From positions 1-26,824 of the IMG/VR virus record IMGVR_UViG_3300044676_001274: a stretch of DNA of 26,824 bases; one strand, 5' to 3'. This stretch comes from a virus (lineage: Duplodnaviria > Caudoviricetes). The first letter of the stretch is position 1. Every line of letters begins with the position of its first letter. The notes beneath the pieces were generated by a model. The model made no database searches and was not told the DNA's origin. It worked only from the letters and a program-made list of their open reading frames with translations. Positions 26,824-26,824 of the stretch are shown in pieces. A program made the position numbers and the translations under genes.

Positions 26824-26824
26824 A

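Overview
This window is the late structural region of a T4-like (probably marine) myovirus. All real genes are on the minus strand. In transcription order: gp6 (partial), a short gp7-like wedge protein, a gp9/gp10-type connector, gp8, a 1795-aa VrlC/DUF4815-like protein, a 70-aa protein, a 490-aa coiled-coil fibre, two paralogous repeat proteins (672 and 801 aa), a ~150-aa protein, a GT-A glycosyltransferase, a 2OG-Fe(II)-oxygenase-like protein, a 121-aa adaptor, a 2003-aa fibre, gp13, gp14 and the start of gp15. Two perfect T4 late promoters (TATAAATA) are present. The main finding concerns the 672- and 801-aa proteins. Their low-complexity regions are two arms of exactly equal length made of tetrapeptide units. 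Read antiparallel, the units match by consistent rules (xRxR faces xG[DN][FY]; xSxY faces xRxF; Gly units never face Gly units), and both arms carry a 2-residue register shift at mirror positions. This suggests giant self-complementary beta-hairpin fibres, a protein-level analogue of a stem-loop. They sit next to putative modifying enzymes, and the virion proteins are enriched in an Asp-Ser motif that could be a glycosylation sequon. All family calls come from motif recognition and all counts are manual; no database search was run.
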